A stretch of DNA of 63,023 bases, filler included, from Ginglymostoma cirratum (Eukaryota), in NCBI GenBank assembly GCA_024137785.1. It is 4 parts of 4 records of this genome, joined end to end, with 100 filler letters (N's around TTAATTAATTAA, not from the genome) between each part and the next. Parts side by side here need not be neighbours in the genome. Positions count along the whole stretch, not along the records: positions 1 to 28,793 come from JAHRHZ010000084.1; 3 more parts are not named here. One strand, given 5' to 3'. A model generated the notes under the pieces. The model had not been told where the DNA came from. It worked only from the letters and a program-made list of their open reading frames with translations, and ran no database searches. Of this stretch, positions 14,479 through 27,814 are shown piece by piece. Position numbers and translations under genes: made by a program. The first letter of the stretch is position 1, and each line of letters opens with the position of its first letter.

Positions 14479-16044
14479 GAGATGATAGGTTCTGCAGATG
14501 CTAGAGAATCCGAGGTAACAAGGTGTGGAGCTGGATGAACACAGCAGGCCAAGCAGCATTATAGGGGCAGGAAAGCTTGATGTTTCAGGCCTAGACCATT
14601 CATCAGAAATGGGGGCGGGGAAGAGGGTTCTGAAATAAATTGGGAGAGAGTGGGAGGCGGATAGAAGATGGATAGAGGAGAGGATAAGTGGAGAGGAGAC
14701 AGACAAGTCAAAGAGGCGGGGATGGAGCCAGTAAGGATTAGTGTCGATGGGGAGGTAGGGAGGATGTAGGTCAGTCCAGGGATGACGGACAGGTCAAGGG
14801 GGGGGCGGTATGAGGTTAGTAGATAGGAGATGGGGGTGGGGCTTGAGGTGGGAGGAGGGGATAGGTGAGAGGAAAAACAGGTTAGGGAGGTGGAGATGAG
14901 CTGGGCTGATTTGGGGATGCGGTTGGGGGAGGGGATATTTTGAAGCTTGTGAAATCCACATTGATACCATTGGGCTGCAGGGTTCCCAGGCTGAATATGA
15001 TTTGCTGTTCCTGCAGCCTTCGGGTGGCGTCATTGTCGCACTGCAGGAGGCCCAGGATGGACATGTCATCTGAGGAATGGGAGGGGGAGTTGAAATGGTT
15101 CGCGACTGGGAGGTGCAATTTTTTGTTGCGAACTGAGCGCAGGTGTTCTGCAAAGCGGTCCCCAAGACTCTGCTTGGTTTCCCCGATGTAGAGGAGGGTA
15201 CATCGGATGCAGTATACCACATTTGCAGATGTGCAGGTGAACATCTGCTTGATGTGGAAAGTCTTCTTGGGGCCTGGGATTGGAGTGAGGGAGGAGGTGT
15301 GGGGGCATGTGTAGCACTTCCTGCAGTTGCAGGGAAAAGTGCCAGGTGTGGTGTGGCTGGAGGGGAGTGTGGAGCGGACAAGGGAGTCATGGAGAGGGTG
15401 GTCCCTCCGGAAAGCAGACAAGGGTGGGGAGGGAAAAATGTCTTTGGTGGTGGTGTAGGATTGCAGATGGCTGAAGTGTCCGAGGATGATGCGTTGGATC
15501 CGGAGGTTGGTGGGGTGGTATGTGAGGACGAGGGGGATTCTTTTTTGGTTGTTATTGCGGGGACGGGGTGTGAGGGATGAAATGCGGGAACTGCGGGAGA
15601 CACGGTCGAGAGCGTTCTCGACCACTTCGGGTGGAGGGGAAGTTGCGGTCCTTGAAGAATGAGGACATCTGAGATGTATGGGAGTGGAATTCCTCATCCC
15701 GGGATCAGATGCGGCGGAGGTGAAGGAATTGGGAATAAGGTATGGCATTTTTGCAGGACGGTGGGTGGGAGGAGGTGTATTCTAGGTAGCTGTGGGAGTC
15801 GGTGGGCTTGAAATGGATATCGGTTTCTAGGTGGTTACCCGAGATGGAGACAGAGAGGTCCAGGAAGGAGAGAGAGGTGTTAGAGATAGTCCAGGTGAAC
15901 TTAAGGTCGGGGTGGAAGGTGTTGGTGAAGGGGATGAACTGTTCGAGCTCCTCGTGGGAGCATGAGGCGGCGCCGATACAGTCATCAATGTAACAGAGGA
16001 AGAGATGGGTTTTCGGGCCAGTGTCGGTCCGGAAGAGGGATTGT
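14479..16044 (-). mobile_element. Penelope-like retroelement, 5'-truncated (RT C-terminus plus GIY-YIG endonuclease)
   Basis: ORF 14882-15748 has C-x2-C-x2-C and NVVYCIRC..LYIGET..LGDRFAEH..LGTLQPNGIN; upstream RT remnant YIDDCIG..LDLSV. Confidence 0.92.
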
Positions 16045-19000
16045 CATGTGTAACCACTGGCAATCTGTTGTAAATGATTTAATATATTACTCAAAATCGC
16101 AGAGTGAAATCTCTCCTCATACTTTCAGAGTTGATCTTAGTTACATTGAAAACTCAATTTTCAAATTCATGTCGATCTTTTTCAACCTTCATCGAAGTGT
16201 CAATCGTACTGTGGACAATAACGTATGCCCGAGTGGTTTCTCAACACAGTGCTCTAGAAAACTACTCTGAACACGTTCTAAGGTAAATCCCAAAGTATTT
16301 ATCCTCATTACATATCCCCAGTCTCGTTAGGCATTCTACTTGCTAGATGCTCACATATTTCCTGATTTTTGGCATGCACAATATTACCACTACTCTCACA
16401 ACACCTTTAGATCATTCCTGCATAAATGCTGTCCATTATTGTTCCTAAGGCCGACTCTCATCAGATTTAAAACCATGCTTTTCAAATTGGAGATGTCTTT
16501 CCCAAATGCATTGATTCTATCCCCTTTAGTGGAATCACCCAACTCCCTTTCCTTTTTGCATACTCGGCAGAAATTCCAAGAAGTGTACATAGCTGATTAC
16601 ATGAGTTAAACTACACAGTCAGCATCACCATTCTAATTTAGGAAAGTGTAAATCTCAAGTGCTTTTCTTTAAAAAGTTCAAATGTGCATAATTGGCTTTC
16701 ATATATTATCTTCTGAACTGCTTTGTCCTTGATTATGGTGTCAATTTGTCTCTGCATAAAGTTAAGTGGTTTGATCCATAATTACTAGTTATTATTACAC
16801 CACATATTTCATTCAAACAGAATAATTATATTCTTGTATTCCACTGACCACTGCAAAATCTGAGCTTCAGTTGAGGGACAGACATGAAACTCAGCAGCAG
16901 CCTTCGAATAGCTGTGTGTAAAGGCAAAGTAATGTCATCCTGCATGGTGAATCCAATGATTATTGTGCTTTCCTCCCTCTCACTTCTTGCAGTTATTCCA
17001 ACAATTCATTGTGGTAGCAGCCTGTTGCTTCCAAACTGTCTGTTGTTCGAAATAATAAAATGACAAATTAGGAACAGTGATAGTCCACTCTGGAATGCTG
17101 GCATTATTCTTTGAAGTAAATCATCTATGACTCAACTTCAATATAATGCATTGATCTAAGACTTGATTTCATCAATTAACTTAAAATTTGCGGTATATTG
17201 GTGGAAAAGTCCTTTTTTTTTTGTTTCCCAGCCTCTGTGTTAATTATGTTTCATTCCTCAATGACATTGTCTCTAAATGCACACCAGAAATTTGGCCTAT
17301 TATAACCTGTCATGATTTATATATTGTCAAAACATGGTCAAATAATCAATTAGACTTAAAAGCCCGGTGGACTGCACACCAGACTGATGTAACGTATCCT
17401 TTTAATGCAAACCTGATGTGTTCATGATTCTGCGGTGTCCATCTATAAGGCCAATAAACTGCACCAAAAGTTCGACAACACTTCACACTTGGACTGCAAA
17501 CTGTCGTGATTGTTACCATGTCAGCCGGGTTTACCTCATAGAATATGAGTTCCGTGATTGGGGCTGTTAATCTGGTCCAATCAGTGTGTCCTGTCTGAGA
17601 AATAAAAACAGGAATGTCAGAGGCCCTGTTCACTCTGAGAGCTGGCTCTGAGGGAGCTGGGCCAGTGTCAAGGACTCTCCACGTGTAACTAAAGGGTGCC
17701 TTGCCGAGGGGATACCGGCCTCAGTTGAGTTTTCTCAGTGGCGACAAGATAAAAGCATACCCCTGAAGAAACTTGCTTGCAACACTCTCCGACTGAAGCC
17801 ACCATTGAAGCACAACATTTTGCAAGGTGAGAGCTACAGCAGGAAGAATGTTGTCACTTATTGAGATTGTAATCATAAATTTAAAATATTCAACATGTCA
17901 TTTCATGCCGTAATCTCCTCTGGGCCCACTTTCAATGACTCTGTGTGCAGGTTGTGGGAGATGCCGGTCTCTTTGCTGTCAAAAAATATAGATTGATAAA
18001 AGTAATTGAACAATTCTGCAGTCTTTACTTTCATTTACACAATTGCCCTTCACAGCTGTGAAGGAAGGTACATTGCTCCTGACCATCTGACATTTCCTAA
18101 TATGGCTGTGAAACTTGTTTAAGTGTTTTTGATATCAGTGGTAATTTTCTTCACATAATCTCTTCCACAAGCGTGTCTTCAACACATTTCTGATTTATCT
18201 GTCGGTCCTTATTTTTTATTGCTATGCTGTCCCACAGTAGGCTACATTTAGCTTTCAACATTGTTGATTTGCTCTTTGCTTGTCTCAGACTGTGTTTCCA
18301 GTTTGTAAATAGACTTCGCGCTACTTCCGGGAAAACAAAGGCTCTGTGTTTCGTTGCAAACTTTGATCTTTCATGCTTCTTACTGAACGCATCGGCTTTC
18401 ACCAGATAATAGATTTGTCACTTTTGCTGCAAAGTGTTCTCGTGGTTTCTCAGTGCAGCTAGCTGCATCTACACCCAGAGCCTCAGCTGCTGTTTAGACA
18501 TTTTTTTCCTTCGATACATGACATTGAAATGATCTATATTATAAACCCTGACGAATAAAACTGAAATTAACTTTCTCGTGTTACCTGAATGTAGGTAATT
18601 ATTCATGATTCGGTGTAACAGAATACAACTGTGTTAATTCAACAACCTGTTGCGACAGGACGGTCAGCTGGAATCAGCAGGGGAATGAAATGGAGAACTT
18701 TGATGGAGGAATGTACAGGAAAGTCGGTAGAAAGAGAGAGGAGGGCCGTCAGTAGCCCAGAGAGTTTGAAGGACATGAAGTTCGAAAGCACAAAGTGTCT
18801 GAAATAAACATTGACGGAGCAACGAACCGAAAAGTAAATTGAGGGGAATGAGGTTGTGTGGGAACAGAAAACTGTGAGAGAACAATGATCGAAATCAAGT
18901 TGGAAAAGCATCACAGAAGTTTTGTTCAGCCAGAGGTAGCAAGAAATATATTTACAAACAGGTTGCACAGATTTTTTTTTAATGCTGGAGGATATAGAGA

Positions 19001-19748
19001 TTGCAGGAGTTCAAGGAAAGCTCTATCTTTTTAATTGTGTCACGTCTGTGCTTCAAGGCTTCTGTTTAGTTTAAAGACAGAAAGAGAAATTGCTGGAAAA
19101 GCTCAGCAGGTCTGGCAGCATCTGTTGAGCGAAGTGAGAGTTAACGTTTCGGGTTGAGTCACCTTTCCTCACAACCGAATTCTGCTTCCAGACCTTCTGA
19201 GCTTTTCCAGCAATTTCTGTTTTGGTCTTTGATTTACATTATTCACAGTTCTTTCGATTTTTATTCTTTTTTTTTCACCGCCTGTTTAAGCAGGTAGAGA
19301 AGGCCTTGGCTTGAACAGGGATTGATTCTTGCATCGGGTTGCAGAATGACATTTCACATATTAATGAAAAGAGATGCATGTCATTTGTGACAGAAACGTG
19401 TGTATAACTAACTTGGAAGCAGATTCTGAGTTCAGCAATTACTCAGCTAACTTAGGTTGTCAGCAACCAGCTCGATATGGGATACAACAGAAAGTGTTCA
19501 CAAAACCCAGCAAGTCGGGCAGAATCTGTGGACACAGAATCAGAATTAATGTTTCCCGTCTGAGACCTAACACGCATGTGCCACAGACATATAGAAATGG
19601 AAGAATGAGCTGTCAAATAATCCGAAAGAACGGGGGAGATAGCTATGCACTGAGATAAACGACACATACAGAAAACAAACAGAACATACATACACGCGAC
19701 GTGTACAGACAGACGCAATTAAATCAAGCACAAAACTACACACATAAA

Positions 19749-21311
19749 AGGGTACGTGGAACAATCCCTCTTCCGGAACTACACTGGCTCTAAAACCCAC
19801 CTGTTCCACCGTTACATTGATGACTGCATCGGCGCCGCCTCGTGCTCCCACGAGGAGCTCGAACAGTTCATCCACTTCACCAACACCTTCCACCCCAACC
19901 TGAAGTTCACCTGGACCATCTCCAAAACTTCTCTCTCCTTCCTGGACCTCTCTGTCTCCATCTCGGGTAACCACCTAGAAACCGATGTCCATTTCAAGCC
20001 CACTGACTCCCACAGCTACCTGGAATACACCTCCTCCCACCCACCTTCCTGCAAAAATGCGATCCCCTATTCCCAATTCCTTCGCCTCCGCCACATCTGC
20101 TCCCAGGATGAGGCATTCCAATCCCGTACATCTCAGATATCCTCATTCTTCAAGGACCGCAACTTGCCCCCCCCCCCCCCCCCCCCGCCACAGTGGTCGA
20201 GAACGCCCTCGACCGTGTCTCCCGGATTTCCTGTAACACATGCCTCACGCCACGTCCCCGCAATAATAACCAAAAAAGAATCCCCCTCGTATTCACATAC
20301 CACCCCACCAACCTCCGGATCCAATGAATTATCCTCCGACACTTCCGCCATCTGCAATCAGACCCCACCACCAAAGACATTTTTCACTCCCCACCCTTAT
20401 CTGCCTTCTGGAGGGACCACTCCCTCCGCGATTCCCTTGTCCGCTCTACACTCCCCTCCAGCCCCACAACACCCGGTACCTTTCCCTGCAACTGCAGGAA
20501 GTGCTACACCTGCCCCCACACGTCCTCCCTCACCCCATTCCCGGTACCCAAGAAGACTTTCCACATCAGCCAGATGTTCACCTGCACATCTGCCAATGTG
20601 GTATACTGCATCCGCTGTACGCGTTGTGGCTTCCTCTACATCGCAGAAACCAAGCGGAGGCTTGGGGACCGCTTTGCAGAACACCTGCTCTCAGTTCGCA
20701 AGAAACAACTGCACCTCCCAGTCGCGAACCATTTCAACTCCCCCACCCCTTCCTTAGACCACATGTCCATCCTGGGCCTCCTGCAATGCCACAGTGATGC
20801 CACCCGAAGGCTGCAGGAACAGCAAATCATATTCAGCCTGGGAACCCTGCAGCCCAATGGTATCAATGTGGATTTCACAAGCTTCAAAATCTCCCCTCCC
20901 CCAACCGCATCCCAAAACCAGCCCAGCTCATCTCCACCTCCCTCACCTGTTTTTCCTCTCTCCTATCCCCTCCTCCCACCTCAAGCCCCACCCCCATCTC
21001 CTATCTACTAACCTCATCCCGCCCCCTTGACCTGTCCGTCCTCCCTGGACTGACCGATCTCCTCCCTACCCCCCCACCTACACTCACCTTTACTGGCTCT
21101 ATCCCCGCCTCTTCGACTTGTCTGCCTCCTCTCCAACTATCCTCTTTTCTACCCATCCTCTATCCGCCTCCCACCCTCTCCCTATTTATTTCAGAACCCT
21201 CTTCCCCTCCCCCATTTCTGATGAAGGGTCTCGGCCCGAAACATCAAGCTTTCCTGCTCCGATGATGCTGCTTGGCCTGCCGTGTTCATCCAGCCCCACA
21301 CCTTGTTATCA
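19749..21311 (+). mobile_element. Penelope-like retroelement, 5'-truncated (RT plus GIY-YIG)
   Basis: HRYIDDCIGAAS..HPNLKFT..FLDLSVS and VVYCIRCTRCGFLYIAETKRRLGDRFAEH; frameshift in the poly-C run at about 20167-20186. Confidence 0.93.
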
Positions 21312-23895
21312 CACATAAAAGCATGTTGTGGAGGAAGCACATAAAACGTACACAAACAGGCGGCATTTTAATCAGTGCAAACATGAAGTATGAGCTTGGA
21401 ATTTCACCGAAATAACAGCTTTTGTAAATCCGGAACGCCATCACCTCAACACAATCAGGACGATCACTCAACTAACGGCAGCACCGTAACCCATTCAGCG
21501 CTCACGAAGCAGGATCATCATAAGCGAGTCACAAACAGTGAAATCATCTAAATCACCAGAAAGCTGTGACCCAGCCTCCAGCAGCATCATCGCATCTTCC
21601 CGAGCAGGATCATCATATAACTAGTAGCGGCTTCAGTTTGTTGCTCACGGGATCATCCTGTTATCATCCGCATTATCTCTTCATAATAAACAGACAACTT
21701 TTTTTTGTAGCGGTGCCTGGGTTTGTGAAACACAGAGATGAAGGATTAACCAGTCACTGCCAGCCACATTAATATGTCACCAGCCTTACCCAGTCAGAAG
21801 CTGAAAACTATCAGCGACAGCCGAGATTGATGTAAACTGCTCACAGCGATGGAAGTTTCAAAAATTGGGGAACACCGCTTTTCTGGCGAACAGAATAAAA
21901 TTGAACAGTGACACGGTGAGCAGTATGTTTTACACAGCGATTGTTCAGGGTGGAGAATGAGCTATTTCACGTCTGCTGGGAAAACAGAATCGAGACCTTC
22001 CAAATAGAAAGGGTTCGTTGTCTGTAGATAAAACCACGCAGCATCAGAAATGGAACTCATTATTGCAAAGTGCTGTGGAGGCCAAGTCATTGAGTGCATT
22101 TTAAACAGAGATAGATAGGTTCATTTTTGGTGAAGAGATTGCGGGATACGTGGAGAAGGCGGGAGAATTGTGTCGAGAAACACATCAGCCATGATCGAAC
22201 AGCAGAGCTGTCTCGATGGAACGAATGGCCTAATTCTACTCCAATGTCTTATGGTCTTTCGTGGAAAAGGAACCCAGAGAGTCACTCCTGCGGAGACTCA
22301 GAATGGTGATAGTGCTTCCATGTGAGCTGTAATAAATGCATCATTATTTAATGATTATATGTTACAATCAGCAACAACCAGCTTCGGGTGGTAACACACA
22401 AGCATCAGCGCTGGCGCCCAGTCATTAACATCAGCTTCACCCAGTCTTCAGCACTGGCACCGTCCAGTCACAAGTAGCATTATTAATTCAGTAGAAGCGA
22501 GACAATCAATAAAACACCAGAGTTCAGTTTACAGCGAAAAGCATCACGTTTGAAGAAGCAGGCAGCAATGAATAGATTTACATATTCTTCATCACTGAAG
22601 CTTGAGGTTTGCCTCCCACGCACCAACAGCACATTGTACATTCACACCGAAACTTCAATTACACTAATTATCACCCAGTCGCGATCACGAATAGCAATCC
22701 CTCAGCCACATTTTTCTACTGCCAGGAGCATCAACGACCGATCAGCAGAAAGTCTGAAATACTACAGACAGCAGCCATTCTCCAGTAAAATAAAGCCTGT
22801 AATCATGAAGAGCATTTAGCTTCCAACAGAAACACAAGGACACCGGCAGTATCCAGCATTAACTGGAATAATATCACTCAGTGCTCAGCACCAAAATGAT
22901 TCAGCAGCATCAGACCCCAGCAGATAAAAAACAGTCACCGAGTATAATTATCTAGTCTCCACCTGCATCACTTAGTCATTGGAGAAAATTCCAATCACCA
23001 ACGTTACAAACATCAGCAACAGCAAAGCCCAATTAGGAACAACATCAAGCCACTCGCCAACAACATCGTCCAGTCGCTAAAAACTAAATTCCTTCATGAG
23101 TAAGACCATTTATCTGTCAGAAACATCAACAATGCTTAGTTACTGGAAATTACATCACCCGCTCATGGGCAGCATCTCCCAGTCACCTGCAAAGCTACCC
23201 AATGTGCAGTTACATTGTGTTGTCACGAACAATGTGACCCTGTCACCTTCCCTCATCCACTGGACATTGACGATTGTTTATTCCCTCAAGCTGTTTTCTG
23301 GTGACTGTTCTTTGAGAAACCTATTGCCTAATTTGGATTGAGGCTTAATTCTGTTTTTTTTTATCAGTCTGACTGGTATCCTAATCGATTGTGAATTTGA
23401 AAAGAAGTGATTTGTTACATGACAGACAAATTATTCCAGACTCGTATGTAATGACATTGATGTAACTTTTCAAAGTAATACGATAAGAACAACATGTTCT
23501 TATGTTCTCACACAGTTGTGTTTCCGTTTTATTGTCGCAGTTCTCTCATGCTATACATTGCGGGCAAACACGACACCGCTCTCACCACATCTGCACGAAA
23601 AGTGCCAGTAAGAAGAGAATCAAGTTTGCAGTTAATCAGTTCGGAAATTATCACGTAATGCAAAAATGTTCCATAATCTCTTGAAGAGCAGCAATATGTG
23701 AGATATATTTAACTCCCACGCTGAGTTCATATATCTGATGTAAAAGTAAAAACATCAGTTTGTCGAGGGTGTGGCTTCATTCACTTTGTCAAACATTCTG
23801 TCACAACCTGCTCATTGCCACATTACCTCTACGTCGTCCTGTGCACTTCTCAATAATATGTACTAATTTACAGTGAATTGATCGAGTTTGCTGAA

Positions 23896-23947
23896 ATGGG
23901 ATTGTTGAATGTTCTGTGGTCGATCTCAATCCTCGGCATTTACACAG
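23896..23947 (+). CDS. Non-rearranging VJ-type IgSF gene 1, leader exon
   Basis: ATG at 23896 encodes hydrophobic MGLLNVLWSISILGIYT, then a phase-1 GT donor at 23948 and a 181-nt intron to the V exon. Confidence 0.85.
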
Positions 23948-24128
23948 GTATATATACTTACAGAGGTCGAATAAATATTAAAAGGCATTGGAATTGTGTA
24001 CACATTACTTCTGTTCAATGCTTGTGCTTTTTTTTCACAATTTTTTTAATCGTTATATTGTTTTACACATTGTTCTCTCACTAACAGTCTTGCGAATCAT
24101 TGTCTGTTCATGCGCTTGTTTCTCACAG

Positions 24129-24449
24129 TAGCTGATGGGAGCTTTCTCCGAATGCTTCAGTTCCCCACCCGTTTGACTGCGGTGAAAGGGACAAATGTGT
24201 CCATGAATTGCACTTACACACTTTTCGATCCCAAAGCAATCCTGGATATTTCCTGGTCGAAACGAAACCAGAACAGGACAGTAGAAGTGACAGCAGACAA
24301 CAGGAAAGTAATGATATCTTTGAAACAAGCAGCTGCCGAGTTACATCGGCTGAATGTGGATTTTCAGGACAGCGGAGTATATTACTGCAGCGCGAGAGAC
24401 TGGAAACATAAAATTTCTTCGAGGAATGGGTCTGAGCTTATTGTGCACG
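24129..24449 (+). CDS. Non-rearranging VJ-type IgSF gene 1, single-exon V domain including G strand
   Basis: Acceptor ttctcacag| and donor CACG|GTGAGT; 321 nt, phase 1-1, open. (V)ADGSFLRMLQFPTRLTAVKGTNVSMNC..ISW..DSGVYYCSARDWKHKISSRNGSELIVH shows canonical Cys/Trp/DxGxYxC and a J-like NGSELIV. No RSS. Confidence 0.92.
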
Positions 24450-26199
24450 GTGAGTGATGTAAAGGGCTCAGGTAGGATTATGCAGGTGTATTTGGAGAAT
24501 GTATTGCTTCTGTGTTTCGAGCTGTGCTTCTCATTTTCTACGCTTTGCAGCAATCGCTGTCTTTTCGCACAGGCGCATTGTTGAAAGCCTGCAGAAATCA
24601 GTAAATAAGGCTTTAGACAATCATTAATATCATTTCAGTGTAAGGAACCGAAAGAACTGCGGATGTTGGAAATCAGAAACAAAAGCAGAAAACTCAGCAG
24701 GTCTGGCAACATCTGTGGGGAGGAATAAGAGTTAATGCTTCGGATCTAGTTCTGTTTCTGTTTACCATTTAAATGTATTTCAGTTATCTCTATTACTGTT
24801 CTGACATTGAGTCACTAGTTTAGATAGCGTTCATTGTTAATCCGATTTATCTTTGAATCAGTGGCAGAGGGACATATTCTTGAATCGCCGTTGAGCATGG
24901 TTAATGCGATAAGAACGTGCTGTAATTGACAAATGAAAAAGTTGTTTCTTCAGCGATAATGAAGATTTTTTTTATGTCCAGCGAGAATTCTCAATGTTTT
25001 GAGTAACGATATTTGTCTTTAGCTTCTTTCTGTATAGTAACCCCCTCAACAAGAGACTCAGCTCTTGTTCCAGATTCTCTGGAATGCTGAATCAATTGCT
25101 CATATTTAACCAGTCAAGTCCTTCCTGAATATTATATTTTTCAATGAGATCAGCTCTGATCGCTCCAACCTCCAAACAACATCGATGAAAAATACTCATC
25201 CCCTAAATACAGGACAATCCCGTAACAGCGGCGACAAATAATGTTAATCTTCGTTGCTCTTCCTCCAATTCAAATACAAACTCTCTCAAATATGGAGACC
25301 AAACTACAGATGGCATTGTCAGAGTGGTTTAACCAAAGCACTGTGAAATTGCCGAAAGACTTATTTCTAACTTTGTCGTTCCTGCCTCCTTGCATTGAAA
25401 AAAATTTCAGTTTTCCTTTTTAATTGCCTGTCCCTCCTGCATTCTGACCTTCCAAGCTTCTTGCAGGATAGCACACAAAATGCCACTGAGCATCAAGGCA
25501 AAGAGTTTTGCACATTTCAAAAATATTCTGTTGAACTATTCATTTCCCAAAGTGCACAACATCATACTGTATAATTAATATGCAAGCCTCTTCGCCATGT
25601 ACCTCGCCTTCCTATGCATCTTACTCACAGCTTTATTTTGTTATTTTGTTTGTTTATTTTTTGGATGTGGTCATCTATGGATATGTCAACATTTGTTGCC
25701 CACATTTATTTTTAATTTAACTGATTAACTCATGCAGCAGTTAATGGGCCATCTTATTGCTGACAGGAACGGCTCATATTCTGGCTCGGTTGGATAAATT
25801 AGGCAGAATTCTTCCTGAAGGTAAACATTTGAGCCAGAAGGATTTTGACAACAGTTGATTATGGTTGGCATTGTCACAGTAATTGAGATTTGAATATTTT
25901 AAATATTGAAATAATAATCATTGAAGAATTCAATCAAATTTAGTAATAAGGTAAATTTGCGCCAGTGCGAGGATTTGGATTCATGTTCACAGGGCATTAA
26001 TGTGTGACTCTGGATTACTGAGAAGGATAAGTGGTATGATCAGATGATACATTATTGCATGGTGTTGGGGGGCGGCGATTCATTCGCACACATGGTGGAT
26101 TCATTCGGGATAACAAATCAGAGTAAATTGATAATTGGTGGACTAGTGAATTGCAGCTAGTGTCACAGATGAGTGCCGATACTCAAATACTTCGAAATT

Positions 26200-27285
26200 G
26201 AAAAAATACATGACTGGAGAGGTGTGCGAGGGGAAGGGGTTCAGATTCCCAGGGCATTGGGAACAAACCTGGGAGAGTTGGGACCAGTATGAACTGCACA
26301 GGTTTAACTGGGCAGGTATTGAACTGATGTCCGAAGGGATGTATTGGTTCGTGCGGTTGGAGCTTTTAAACTAAAATGGCTGGGCCTTCGAGGTACCCAG
26401 GGAGGTAGAAGAGATGAAACCACGGGGGCAATAAACCAGACAAAGTGCGGAGTAAGAATGTGTTAGGCACAGAATTCAAGTATAATAATCAATCAGGGCC
26501 ACATTGCAAAAATAATGTGAACAGATCAAATTCTTAAAGAGTCAAGCCTTAAGGACTTATTTCTTAATGGTCATAGATTCACAATAAAGTGGATAAATGA
26601 GTAATGCAACTTGATATAAAATGCATACTATATAGTTGGGATGACAAGACTTGGTTCAAATTGATGATGAATGGGAATTGAACGTCCAGAGTGTTCAGTT
26701 TTTATGAAGACAGATCGATAGGTAAACGAGGTTCTGTAACATTGCTGGTTAAGGAGGGCAGTAACACAATAGTGAGGTAGGATATTAGCTCACATAAAAT
26801 AGAATCTGTCTGGATAGAAATTAGAAAGACCAAGAGGCATAAAATGAGAGTCGAGTATGTTCAAAGATCACCAATCTGCTGGCATAATATTAGGGAAAAC
26901 ATTTAACAGGAAATTAGAAATGCAAGAAATAGAAGGGCAGCCGTAATTAAGGTGGCATTAATCTGCATCTCAGTTGAGTAAGTCAAATCAATAACAATAT
27001 CACAGAGGCAAAATTCCTGGAGTGTGTATGGCATGGTTTTCTGGATCAATGCATTGCAGAACCATTGACAAAACAGGCCATCCTCAACTGGGTAATGATA
27101 AAGGGATAATTGGTAATTTGGCTGTGCAAGATCTTCTGGGGAAGAGTGACCATGGTATGACAAAATTGCTAATTAAGTCATACAGTGACATTGTTGACTC
27201 TGAGACTAGAATCCTGAAATTTAATAAAGGAAAATGTGCAGCATATGATGGCTATGATGAATTAGGGAGTGTTACTTAAAGAGAT
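26200..27285 (+). mobile_element. Decayed CR1 LINE (ORF1 end and endonuclease)
   Basis: LGKSDHGM motif; similar to 6150-7260. Confidence 0.65.
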
Positions 27286-27317
27286 GATTGTGTAAAAGTG
27301 AAGAGAAAATGTAAAAA

Positions 27318-27814
27318 GTGGCTTTAAGAGGTGTGTTTTATCCTTGTTTCTTCCACAGAGAGAGAAGTGTGGGGAACAGGTGACGAGCAGTCTTTGAGAA
27401 GATAAACAATTTGTGGAGTCTTTGGTGCTCTTTTTCTAAACAAAAAAGCTGGAACCAGAGAAGCAGCCTGCATGGGTTTGGTCAAGTTCCCACCCACAAA
27501 ACCAGGGATTTTTAGTTCTTAATTTTCAGCAGAAATTGCTGTTCAAGTCTTGAACAAGTGGCAGCAATTTTGCCCTGTCTCGATGTCAGACTCAAGCCGA
27601 CAGATCTGAAAACTAAAAACTAAAAATCCCTGGTTCTTTGGGTGAAAACTTGACCAAACTCATTCAGCCTGCTTCTCTTGTTCCATATTTTTTTTAAAAA
27701 AAAAAAGGCACCCAAGGCTTCACAAGTTGTTTATCTTTTTATTGACTGTGGCACCTGTCTCCCAAAAGTCTCTCTTTCAAAGAACCGAGTATAAAGCACA
27801 CTTCTTAAAGCCAC
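27318..27814. repeat. Imperfect inverted repeat (arms about 200 bp, spacer about 90 bp)
   Basis: gtggctttaagagg...accagggatttttagtt mirrored by aactaaaaatccctggtt...cttcttaaagccac. Confidence 0.75.

Noticed and set aside
14794-15603. Long Pro/Ser/Thr-rich ORFs (also the tail of 19756-20757 and 50591-51088)
   Set aside because: Alternative frames of Penelope elements, not mucin-like genes.
17480-17750. Possible solo LTR with TGGCGAC primer-site-like end
   Set aside because: No second LTR, target-site duplication or internal ORF to confirm it.
24385-24449. RSS or RAG-joint footprint inside the VJ exons
   Set aside because: No heptamer/nonamer and no FGxG J signature in either exon.
25038-25090. 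Short phase-1 exon candidate after gene 1 V (VTPSTRDSALVPDSLEC*)
   Set aside because: Supported only by an acceptor-like site; cannot be distinguished from intron without cDNA.
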